Source: Minisyncoccia bacterium (GTDB lineage Bacteria > Patescibacteriota > Minisyncoccia > Phycocordibacterales > CAIZLB01). Taken from it: 64,000 bases of DNA. The position numbers and the translations under genes were made by a program. The notes beneath the pieces were generated by a model. That model did not search any database. It saw only the letters and a program-made list of their open reading frames with translations, and was not told the origin of the DNA. Below are positions 21,198-30,072 of the stretch, piece by piece; the stretch's first letter is position 1, and the number at the start of each line of letters is the position of its first letter. The DNA is taken from the NCBI GenBank assembly GCA_041752275.1, contig JBGSHK010000008.1, positions 2,641-66,640 on the forward strand, in the 5' to 3' direction.

Positions 21198-21749
21198 ATG
21201 AAAAATAAATATATAGTTTACATTGACGAGTCAAATATATTATCGAAAACAGGTAATAGTGTTTATACTGCTGTCTATGTAAGATTTTTAAATAAAGAAT
21301 ATATAGCTCAAAAAATTATAAATATAGAAAGAAATCTAAAAATACCATATACACATTGGACTGATATGCCTTGGAAAATACGATTAAAATTTGCCCAACA
21401 GATAAAAAATATTAATTTTAATTGTAAAATAATTATATACAAAAATCCAATTGTACAAGAAAATATATTGGAAGATTTTTTACCTAAGGTAATAGAAAAG
21501 GGGGACAATTTATTTAAAATAGTTATAGATGGAAATAAAGGTAAAGATTATGAATTAAAGTTGAAAAGATTATTAAAAGAAAAATTACAAAAGTCTCATA
21601 AGGTTATTTTTATGAATGACAAAAACGAACCCTTGGTTAGGTTGGCTGATTATATTGCTGGGTTGTTAAGATCACTTACCGATAATAAAAATAAAGAGAA
21701 TGGTTATATTTATGGATTATTAAAACACAAAATAAAAATACTCAATTAA
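21198..21749 (+). CDS. DUF3800 family (RNase H-like fold) protein
   Basis: N-terminal YIDES, central IIDG-like acidic motif (VIDG), C-terminal LADYIAG. Confidence 0.8.
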   Translation: MKNKYIVYIDESNILSKTGNSVYTAVYVRFLNKEYIAQKIINIERNLKIPYTHWTDMPWKIRLKFAQQIKNINFNCKIIIYKNPIVQENILEDFLPKVIEKGDNLFKIVIDGNKGKDYELKLKRLLKEKLQKSHKVIFMNDKNEPLVRLADYIAGLLRSLTDNKNKENGYIYGLLKHKIKILN

Positions 21750-21849
21750 GAGTATTTTTATTCCACGCGACAGGGCGCCAGCTAAGAGGTGAGAGTCTTT
21801 TGAACTCTAGTGGTCTAACGGACCTTTGTCCCTCCATCTGCTTGTTACA
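21730..21849 (-). ncRNA. Putative structured ncRNA convergent with DUF3800 gene (DUF3800-associated RNA class)
   Basis: GC-rich ~90 nt with own promoter (TTGACA 21883-21878, TG-n-TATTAT 21864-21856), nested stems, possible pseudoknot and a terminator hairpin at 21731-21762. Confidence 0.65.
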
Positions 21850-21885
21850 TTTTATATAATATCAAATTTTGTTCTGGTGTCAAAT

Positions 21886-22803
21886 CTACCTCTGCAACCA
21901 AATATACAAACTCTCCAACGCTTTCACTGCATCTCCTGTAGCTATATTGTTCTGATGATATAACCCATCTGTACAGTCTCCAGCGGCCCACACACCTTCC
22001 ACAGACGCTTTTTGTGTCTTCGGGTCGACAATTATGTTACCTGCAGGATTTTTCTCTACAAAGCCAATATAGGCCGTGTTTGGCATTTGCCCAATCTCAA
22101 CAAAAATACCCTCAACATCAAGTTTTTCTGTATTGTTATATGTTAATCCATTTACAAATTGATCTCCGTGTATTTCATTTACAATAGCGTTATTTATGAT
22201 TTGTATTTTCTCATTTTTCAAAACTTTATCTACAGTTATCTCATCTGCTCGATACTTGTCAGTTCTGTTCAAAATCTTTACCGATTTACAATATGCAGTC
22301 AACTGTAAGGCTGACTCAAAGGCCGCGTTTCCACCACCTATAACAACAACGTCTTTTCCTGTAAATACTGGACCATCACAAGATGCACAATATGTCACAC
22401 CTTTATGTTCAAACTTATCAGCGTTTATGGCATCAAGTTTTCTACGTACACTTCCTGTTGTTACAAGAACAGCTTTTGCAGTCAGAACTATGTCTTTACT
22501 TGTTTTTATAGAAAATGTTTTATCTTCATTTTGTGTGACTTCAGATACATATCCTTTTACTATATTTAAAATATCTCCTTGGTACTCTTTAACATGAGAC
22601 TCTAGGGACTTGGCTAAATCAAACCCTGATATATGAGGTGTACCTATCCAGTTTTGTATATCATCAGACACTACACTTTGTCCACCGAACTCCGGTGTTA
22701 GTATGGCCGATTTTATTTTTTTTCTAGCAGCATAAACTGCAGCTGCAGAGCCGGCAGGGCCACCACCTATGATTACTAAATCGTATGTATATTCTTGTGT
22801 CAT
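21886..22803 (-). CDS. trxB: Thioredoxin reductase / AhpF-like FAD disulfide oxidoreductase
   Basis: GGGPAG, CASCDG, GGGNAA, AAGD motifs. Confidence 0.88.
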   Translation of the reverse strand: MTQEYTYDLVIIGGGPAGSAAAVYAARKKIKSAILTPEFGGQSVVSDDIQNWIGTPHISGFDLAKSLESHVKEYQGDILNIVKGYVSEVTQNEDKTFSIKTSKDIVLTAKAVLVTTGSVRRKLDAINADKFEHKGVTYCASCDGPVFTGKDVVVIGGGNAAFESALQLTAYCKSVKILNRTDKYRADEITVDKVLKNEKIQIINNAIVNEIHGDQFVNGLTYNNTEKLDVEGIFVEIGQMPNTAYIGFVEKNPAGNIIVDPKTQKASVEGVWAAGDCTDGLYHQNNIATGDAVKALESLYIWLQR

Positions 22804-22880
22804 ATGCTAAAAATTATATCATAAAACAAAAAAACACATCATTCATAAATGTGTTTTTCTATTGTAAAGTATTCTTTACA

Positions 22881-24086
22881 TTATCTATTTTTAGATCGTC
22901 GGAGGAATGCAGGAACCGCTGACCAGTCATCTTCATCTTCACCGGGTGCAGTCGGCTTCATAATGTTTGTATTTTCATCGTTTGTATCAGACTCTTCTTT
23001 TTTATTTATAGTTATTGAGTTAAATATTTTACCAGAATATTTTGTATTATTCATATCATCTTGAGATGACACAGATTCATTCATCATATTTTCTCTATCA
23101 CGAAATATGTTTCTTACTGCAGTAAGTTTATCTGGAAAGTTGGCTGCGACCACAGTTATGCGTACTTCGTTCTTCTTAAGTTTTTCATCTTTAACTGTAC
23201 CAAATATTATCTTGGCATCTGGATCAACTGACTCAGTTATAACACGAGCTGCCTCTGATATCTCAAACATGGTAAGATCGTCTGATCCAGCGATAGAAAA
23301 CAGTACACCTTTGGCACCATGTATAGAAACATCTATAAGTGGAGAAGATATGGCAGCTTTTGCCGCGTCCACTGCTCTGTTTTCACCTGTACCAGTACCT
23401 ATACCCATAAGTGCTGATCCTGCATTTTCAAGAACTGCTCTGATATCGGCAAAATCTATGTTACCAACATTTCCAGGAGTTGTTATTAACTCTGATATGC
23501 CCTCAACAGCCTGTTTTAAAACCTCATCTGACATAGCAAAGGCATCTTTTGCAGTTGTGTCTTTTGATATTGCACCCATAAGCTTATCATTAGGAACAAC
23601 TATAAGCGCATCAACTGATTTTGATAATTCACCTAAAGCCTCCTCTGCCAATCTCATACGTCTTTGACCTTCAAACATAAAAGGTTTTGTAACAACACCT
23701 ATAGTAAGAGCACCCATTTCTTTTGCAATCTTGGCAACTATAGGGGAAGCACCTGATCCGGTTCCTCCTCCAAGTCCTCCTGCAACAAAAACCATATCTG
23801 CATTTTTCAAAGCCTCTTGTATCTCAGCTCTAGTTTCTTCTGCAGCATTTCTACCTATCTCAGGATTCATACCAGCACCTAAACCTTTAGTTAGATTTCT
23901 ACCAATATGTATTTTTTTAGTAGCTAGAGAATTGTTTAAGTCTTGAGCATCAGTGTTTATGGCCAAAAAATCCACACCCTTAACTTTTGAGTTAATCATG
24001 TGATTTGTAGCGTTTTTTCCTGAACCACCTACACCAACTACTTCTATTCTTGCAAATGTTTGTATGTCTGTTTTTATTTGTGCCAT
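22881..24086 (-). CDS. ftsZ: Cell division protein FtsZ
   Basis: GVGG.G.N, GLGAG, GGGTGSG tubulin signature, DFAD, C-terminal VPAFLR. Confidence 0.98.
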   Translation of the reverse strand: MAQIKTDIQTFARIEVVGVGGSGKNATNHMINSKVKGVDFLAINTDAQDLNNSLATKKIHIGRNLTKGLGAGMNPEIGRNAAEETRAEIQEALKNADMVFVAGGLGGGTGSGASPIVAKIAKEMGALTIGVVTKPFMFEGQRRMRLAEEALGELSKSVDALIVVPNDKLMGAISKDTTAKDAFAMSDEVLKQAVEGISELITTPGNVGNIDFADIRAVLENAGSALMGIGTGTGENRAVDAAKAAISSPLIDVSIHGAKGVLFSIAGSDDLTMFEISEAARVITESVDPDAKIIFGTVKDEKLKKNEVRITVVAANFPDKLTAVRNIFRDRENMMNESVSSQDDMNNTKYSGKIFNSITINKKEESDTNDENTNIMKPTAPGEDEDDWSAVPAFLRRSKNR

Positions 24087-24171
24087 GATTTATGATTATA
24101 TCATGCAAGTTAGACCATGCCAATTTGAGATGGGAACTATTATGTGTTCTGATTTGTGCTATTATTTATCT

Positions 24172-24789
24172 ATGAACATTGAAAATACAGTTGAAAGTGT
24201 TGGAAAATTGACAAATTTTGAGATCGCATACGGACTCGCACTCGCATTGAACAGTAGGTATAGTTCTGGCGGATATTCAGTCGGAAGAAGTGAGAGATCT
24301 TATCTTTTGGATTTTTTTCTAAGACTCAATCATGAAAAAATGTTTTCAGTTTCAAGTCTTGATCCTTTTGTTAATCAGAAAATCTTTTTGGCAGAAGGTG
24401 AGCGTAGACTAGGTGGACGGATATCGGATAATGAAAATAAAAATTCTGAATTTTTGGACAATAAAGAACACTTCTCTGTAATAGTTTTGTATTTATGGAT
24501 TATTCACTACAGAATAAAAATGGTTGAGTTGAAGGTTTTTGATAGTCACAAGGATAAAGTAGGAGATCGTGTGAGCTTGAATGATATAGATTTTAGCTTT
24601 TCAAGAGAGATTGAATCTGCGGAATGAATATACAAGCTATGTCTAGTTGAAGTAGCTGTTCCGGAAGGGTTAATTTGTAATGAGGCTCTAAAATACTTGC
24701 ATTCCAAGTTAGATGAAGATAACAATATCCCTAGACAGTCTTATAAAATAGAACTTTCTTGGCATGTTGATGATTTGTGCGAAGTTTGA
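24172..24789 (+). pseudogene. Hypothetical gene with an internal in-frame TGA (24625-24627)
   Basis: ORF from ATG 24172 stays open for 53 more codons after the TGA, ending at 24789 just before a terminator. Confidence 0.55.
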
Positions 24790-24802
24790 AATTTGAGTAA
24801 CA

Positions 24803-24834
24803 CAAAAGCCTTTCTGGTGTCAGAAAGGCTTTTT
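24803..24834. terminator. Bidirectional intrinsic terminator
   Basis: AAAAGCCTTTCTG-gtgt-CAGAAAGGCTTTTT between convergent genes. Confidence 0.85.
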
Positions 24835-24850
24835 CATTTGACTAATTAAA

Positions 24851-26140
24851 TTATGGTAAAAACTGTTTTACCCACTCCCATATGTTTTTTATTCTCATTG
24901 AAAAACCGGAACGTCCTTTGTTTACATAATATTCACTTTCATCTTGATTTAAATAATACAAACCAGTAGCATATATACTCATAGTATCTCCATTGTCTAT
25001 ACAAATATTTTGATTTTGCTTAAATTTTAATAAATCTTTGTCGCAAATACTTTCTTTTTTTATTTGAGTGGGTAAGCGAAGCATTTCTCGGGATATAAGA
25101 TCTATATCTTTTATCATAGCACCTCCACCATGAATAATTATACCTGCAGGTAAAAGCCTATCTTTACCTATCTTTTTTAAATGCTTTTGTATCATTTCAA
25201 AAATATCTATTATACGTGCATAAATTATTTCATGATATTTTTCTTGAAGAGAAAGAAAAAAAGCTTTATCTTTTTGATCTTTTCTTACATTAATTTTATT
25301 CTTATTCATGAAAACATCTGTGAGATCTGATGCTATTCTTCTAAGCTCCATATCGGGATTTATTTTTATATTTTTTGCTTGATCTAAAGATACTTTTAAG
25401 CCTAAAGCTATATCTCTAGTTATATCTTCTGATCCTATAGGTATAACTTCCATTAATATTGGTATATTTTCATCATAAGTTATAACTGTTGTTGTATCAC
25501 CACCTATGTTTACAACACACACACCTGCCAACCTGTCTGATTCATTTATTATATTTTTAGAATAAGCATATTCGGATACTATGACATCTTCAACAATAAG
25601 ATTATTATCCTCACAAGCTAGCAATATGTTTTCAAGATGTTGCTTTGTTGCAAAAATACACAATGCCTGAAGTTCAAAAATATTTCCAGACAAACCTGAT
25701 GGTTTATTTGTGTTTATATTTTTACCATTTATTTTGTATTTTTGAGGTATTAATTGTATAAGTTTTTTATTTTGAGATATATTTTCCGGAATTTTACTTT
25801 CAACTCTGCTGAAGGCTTCATCTATAATATTTTGATCAACTATGTTTTTTTTATTGTTTATCTTTATTTCAGCAGAAGAAGATATGGAAGATATAGATCC
25901 TCCTGATAATGCTATAACTATTTTTTTTATATTGTTTAAATAGTTTTTATTTGTTTGAGATATAAGTTCTCTTATACTTTTTGTTAAAGAATCAACATCT
26001 TTAACTATACCTCTTTTTATATAGTTTATAGGTAAATTTGAAGTTGCTATAACTTTATATGATTCTTTGTCTATAATTATTAGTCTTAACATTGTTGTTG
26101 AGACTTCTATTATTATTACATCTGAATCATTTTTCTTCAT
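24851..26140 (-). CDS. ftsA: Cell division protein FtsA (divergent)
   Basis: IKRG.V.D, NIGG.TT, IG...IT.DI, LPAGIII.GGG, C-terminal amphipathic W..QFLP; upstream of ftsZ. Confidence 0.85.
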   Translation of the reverse strand: MKKNDSDVIIIEVSTTMLRLIIIDKESYKVIATSNLPINYIKRGIVKDVDSLTKSIRELISQTNKNYLNNIKKIVIALSGGSISSISSSAEIKINNKKNIVDQNIIDEAFSRVESKIPENISQNKKLIQLIPQKYKINGKNINTNKPSGLSGNIFELQALCIFATKQHLENILLACEDNNLIVEDVIVSEYAYSKNIINESDRLAGVCVVNIGGDTTTVITYDENIPILMEVIPIGSEDITRDIALGLKVSLDQAKNIKINPDMELRRIASDLTDVFMNKNKINVRKDQKDKAFFLSLQEKYHEIIYARIIDIFEMIQKHLKKIGKDRLLPAGIIIHGGGAMIKDIDLISREMLRLPTQIKKESICDKDLLKFKQNQNICIDNGDTMSIYATGLYYLNQDESEYYVNKGRSGFSMRIKNIWEWVKQFLP

Positions 26141-26153
26141 TCTATATAGTATA

Positions 26154-26567
26154 CTAGTAAGGATAGAAAATGTTAAGTTTTTTTGTGTATTTCTTTTCTA
26201 GTTTATCCATTGTCTCACCATGATCATGTCCCAAAAGATGTATCATGCCATGTATAAACAAATAGTTTAAATAATTTTCAGTCGTCGTATCGAAAGCTTT
26301 TGCTTTTTGTATAACTTTGTTTTCACATATATATATTTCACCAAAGTCATCATAAGGGAATGAGAGTATGTCAGTTACATAATCTTTTTTTCTATACTTA
26401 CTGTTGACTGATTTCATTTTTTTATCGCCTATAAAATACAAATTTAAATCATAATTTTTACCCAGAATTTCATTTTTCAAAGTATGCAAAAAAACACCAT
26501 CTATCTTAGGTGCTTTTGTTGTTGTGTAAGATACTGCAAGATTTTCTTTATCTAGTATATATCTCAT
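26154..26567 (-). CDS. ybeY: rRNA maturation RNase YbeY
   Basis: N..YR.KD..TDILSFP, GEIYI, HG.IHLLGHDH. Confidence 0.93.
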   Translation of the reverse strand: MRYILDKENLAVSYTTTKAPKIDGVFLHTLKNEILGKNYDLNLYFIGDKKMKSVNSKYRKKDYVTDILSFPYDDFGEIYICENKVIQKAKAFDTTTENYLNYLFIHGMIHLLGHDHGETMDKLEKKYTKKLNIFYPY

Positions 26568-26591
26568 GATATTATTTTTTTATAATATAAA

Positions 26592-26843
26592 TTATTTCTT
26601 TTTACCTGTTGTAGTAGCATTAAAATATTTTCCCATCTTGATATCAGCTAAACGAGTTTCGTTATTTTTGATTTTCTTTAAAGCTTCTTTTTTCATCTTA
26701 TAATATGAAAGACTTCTCTCTGCATATCTTTTACTACGAGATTTGTTTAATCCGCCCCATTCTTGCATTTTCTTTGTAAAACGTCTTAATACTGAAGAAG
26801 GTGATTCACTTTGGTTTTTGTTTATTGATACATTTAATGACAT
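26592..26843 (-). CDS. rpsU: 30S ribosomal protein bS21
   Basis: ES...VLRRF.KK...G, basic; start moved to ATG 26843. Confidence 0.75.
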   Translation of the reverse strand: MSLNVSINKNQSESPSSVLRRFTKKMQEWGGLNKSRSKRYAERSLSYYKMKKEALKKIKNNETRLADIKMGKYFNATTTGKKK

Positions 26844-26883
26844 ATTGGCATATAGTATCATATTTATGATATATTTACAATAT

Positions 26884-29310
26884 ATGGCTCAAGTCAAAAA
26901 AAATACCTCTCAAGATAATCAATTCTACGATCACAAAAAGATTGATAGTAAATGGCAAAAGAAATGGGAAAAGGACCAGGTTTATAAAGCTACAACAGGT
27001 TCAAAAAAACAGAAAATGTATGTTTTATCTATGTTTCCATATCCGTCTGGGGCAGGTTTGCATGTTGGCCATCCTCGTGGCTATATAGCGGCTGATGTAT
27101 ATGCTCGTTTGAAACGTATGCAAGGTTTCAATGTTTTACACCCTATGGGTTATGATGCTTTTGGTTTGCCGGCAGAGCAATATGCTATACAAAACCAGGT
27201 TCACCCTCGTGAAGCTGTGTTAAAAAATGTAAAAACATATGAAAAACAGCTTGAAATCATAGGTCTTTCATATGACTGGTCAAGAAAAATAAACACAACG
27301 GATGAAGATTATTATAAATGGACTCAGTGGATTTTTTTAAAACTTTACAATCATTATTATGACCACAAAGCTAAAAAAGCAAAACCGATATCTGAGTTGG
27401 AGAGAAAATTTGCACATTTATCACAGGCTGATAAAGATAGAGAGTTAATGAAATACCGACTTGCTTACGAAGGTTTTTCTGAGGTTAACTGGTGTGAAGA
27501 GTTGGGAACTGTATTGGCCAACGACGAGGTTATAGATGGAAAAAGTGAAAGAGGTGGTTATCCAGTTGTCAAAAAAATGATGCGCCAATGGTTTTTACGT
27601 ATAACTGATTATGCTGATAGGCTTATATCAGGACTAGACACGGTGGACTTTGATGAGTCATTGAAAACTGTTCAAAAAAATTGGATAGGAAAAAGTTTTG
27701 GGCATGAGTTGGAATTTAAACTTGAAGGGGAAAGTGGGGAAGTTAAAGGTGTTAAAATTTTTACTACAAGAATAGACACCCTATCTGGTGTTACATTTTT
27801 AGCTATATCAAAGGATCATGATTTGATATCAAAAAATCCTGGAAAATTTTCTAATATAATAAATCAAACAAAGTCTTGGGGAACAGATGAAAAAGATATA
27901 AAAATAAAAAGAGGTATTATTGTTGATAATGTTTATGCTATACATCCTGATAATAAAAGTAAATTACCTATATATGTAACAAACTATGTTTTATCTGATT
28001 ATGGTTTTGGTTCTGTTATGGGTGTACCTGATATGGATGAAAGAGATGCTGACTTTGCTTCAGTTTATAATATACGTGTAAAAGAAACCATTATAGAAAA
28101 ACCAGAATCTATAGAAAAAAGATTAGGTTTAAAAAAAGTTTTCAAATATAAGATACGTGACGCTGTTTTTGCCCGTCAAAGATATTGGGGTGAACCTATT
28201 CCTTTAAAACATGAGTCCGACGGACACATAACTCCATTGACAGAAAAAGAGTTACCACTTAAACTTCCAAAAGTTTCCTCTTATGAACCTATTGGAAGTG
28301 GTGACTCACCGTTGGCTGGAATAAAATCCTGGGTTAAGTCAGGGTATGAGACAAACACCATGCCAGGTTGGGCTGGGTCATCATGGTATTTTTTGAGATA
28401 TATGGATGCCCACAATAAAACAGCTCCTGTTGGAAAAAAAGCTATAGACTATTGGAAACAAGTTGATATGTATATAGGAGGAAGGGAGCATACAACCGGA
28501 CACTTACTGTATTCTCGTTTTTGGCATAAGTTCTTGTTCGATATAGGTTTGACTGTAACCGAAGAACCTTTTAAAGCTTTGAGAAATCAAGGAATGATTT
28601 TAGGAAGTGATAATCAAAAGATGAGTAAGAGATGGGGAAACGTAGTAAATCCAGATGATTGTATAAACACTTACGGTGCCGATGCTTTTCGTATGTATGA
28701 GATGTTTCTGGGACCCTTCGATTCATCTTTACCTTGGTCTACTGATGGTATCATCGGTACTCGTCGTTTTATAGATAGAGTTTGGCGTTTGTCTTATGTT
28801 ATAGAATCACAAAATCTGCAAAATAAAAAGATTAAAACGAACCCTCAACTTATTTCAAAAATAAATAAAACAATAAAAAAAGTTACCGACGATATAGAAG
28901 GTTTTGCTTTTAACACCGCAGTGTCTTCACTTATGATTTTATTAAATGATTTTGAAGAAATACAGCAAAAAGGTGAGCAAATAAATCAAAATGATTTTCT
29001 TGATTTTATAAAACTACTTGCTCCATTTGCACCACATATAACGGATGAGATTTGGATAAATTTAAAAAATAAGAATTCTATAAATGTCGCAACTTGGCCA
29101 GTATGTGATAGTAAAAAAGTATTAGAAGATGTTGTAAAAATAGGTATACAAATAAACGGTAAACTTCGTGGCGATATACAAGTGTCACCTGATAGTTTAG
29201 AAAAAGAGGTAGTCGAGGAAGCAAAAAAAATAGTTAAAAACCACTTAGAAGGAAAAGTTATTAAAAAAACAATATATATTAAAGGTAAAATTATTAGTTT
29301 TGTTTTGTAA
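26884..29310 (+). CDS. leuS: Leucine--tRNA ligase
   Basis: MFPYPSG.GLHVGH, RQRYWGEPIP, KMSK, QINGKLR; start moved to ATG 26884 after TG-n-TATATT. Confidence 0.97.
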   Translation: MAQVKKNTSQDNQFYDHKKIDSKWQKKWEKDQVYKATTGSKKQKMYVLSMFPYPSGAGLHVGHPRGYIAADVYARLKRMQGFNVLHPMGYDAFGLPAEQYAIQNQVHPREAVLKNVKTYEKQLEIIGLSYDWSRKINTTDEDYYKWTQWIFLKLYNHYYDHKAKKAKPISELERKFAHLSQADKDRELMKYRLAYEGFSEVNWCEELGTVLANDEVIDGKSERGGYPVVKKMMRQWFLRITDYADRLISGLDTVDFDESLKTVQKNWIGKSFGHELEFKLEGESGEVKGVKIFTTRIDTLSGVTFLAISKDHDLISKNPGKFSNIINQTKSWGTDEKDIKIKRGIIVDNVYAIHPDNKSKLPIYVTNYVLSDYGFGSVMGVPDMDERDADFASVYNIRVKETIIEKPESIEKRLGLKKVFKYKIRDAVFARQRYWGEPIPLKHESDGHITPLTEKELPLKLPKVSSYEPIGSGDSPLAGIKSWVKSGYETNTMPGWAGSSWYFLRYMDAHNKTAPVGKKAIDYWKQVDMYIGGREHTTGHLLYSRFWHKFLFDIGLTVTEEPFKALRNQGMILGSDNQKMSKRWGNVVNPDDCINTYGADAFRMYEMFLGPFDSSLPWSTDGIIGTRRFIDRVWRLSYVIESQNLQNKKIKTNPQLISKINKTIKKVTDDIEGFAFNTAVSSLMILLNDFEEIQQKGEQINQNDFLDFIKLLAPFAPHITDEIWINLKNKNSINVATWPVCDSKKVLEDVVKIGIQINGKLRGDIQVSPDSLEKEVVEEAKKIVKNHLEGKVIKKTIYIKGKIISFVL

Positions 29311-29335
29311 AAACCAAAATAAAATAAATAAAAAT

Positions 29336-29372
29336 AAAACCAGATTTGCTTAAAAACAAAGTCTGGTTTTTT
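29336..29372. terminator. Bidirectional terminator
   Basis: AAAACCAGA...TCTGGTTTTTT between convergent genes. Confidence 0.7.
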
Positions 29373-29397
29373 GATGTGTGTTTTGGTTTTTTAAATT

Positions 29398-29994
29398 TCA
29401 ATATACTCTGTACCAATCACAATCTTCATTTGTATCTCTCGGTTTTGCTATGTGGTCCGGTGTGTAAATTTCTGTATTTATAAAGTGTCCACACCGAGAA
29501 TTTGGGCAAGGTAGTTTATTTATAAAGCTAAAGTTAAGTAAAAAGTTTTCAGGGTGCTTTATTTCTATTTCTCTACTTTCGTTTTTCATTAAACCACAAT
29601 GATGACATATAAAAAACAATTTAACTTCTACTGGCGATATTATCATTTCAACTTTTTCCGAGTCGAGATTGGGTATTTCTTGTCTTATATACTTTTCTGC
29701 CTCATTTCTGTTTCTTAAAAGACGTCCATAAATAGGGTCTAAAAATTTAAAACTGATAGTATGATCTGATGAGACCGGCCTTATTTCTAAAAATCTTTGA
29801 TGATCTGTATTCCAAGGAAATAGAGGATGTGTCATAGGGCAACTTCTCAAAAGTATTGCTCTCGGCATAATTTTTAAAGAAAATTTTACACCGCATCTGT
29901 TTTGTACAATATGTTCAAATCTTGAGTATTCAGGTGTTAAGGGTTTAAGTTCGGATAATGCGACACTGGATGATTGATCTGTTATTATGTTCAT
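29398..29994 (-). CDS. Hypothetical protein with possible C-terminal Zn ribbon
   Basis: CHHC ... CPNSRC cysteine pairs. Confidence 0.55.
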   Translation of the reverse strand: MNIITDQSSSVALSELKPLTPEYSRFEHIVQNRCGVKFSLKIMPRAILLRSCPMTHPLFPWNTDHQRFLEIRPVSSDHTISFKFLDPIYGRLLRNRNEAEKYIRQEIPNLDSEKVEMIISPVEVKLFFICHHCGLMKNESREIEIKHPENFLLNFSFINKLPCPNSRCGHFINTEIYTPDHIAKPRDTNEDCDWYRVY

Positions 29995-30072
29995 ACGATA
30001 AATACAATACAATTATGATTGTATAAAGTCAATCATATATTTTTTTAAAAATTCATATTTTATGTTAAAATT

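Noticed and set aside
23107-23946. Long antisense ORFs over ftsZ (and similar ones over trxB, mreB, DAC, hsdM)
   Set aside because: Shadow frames of well-supported genes on the opposite strand
27700-28160. LeuS editing domain looks shortened or degenerate (VPDMDERD)
   Set aside because: Thr-rich motif and catalytic Asp appear retained; loss of editing cannot be claimed without alignment
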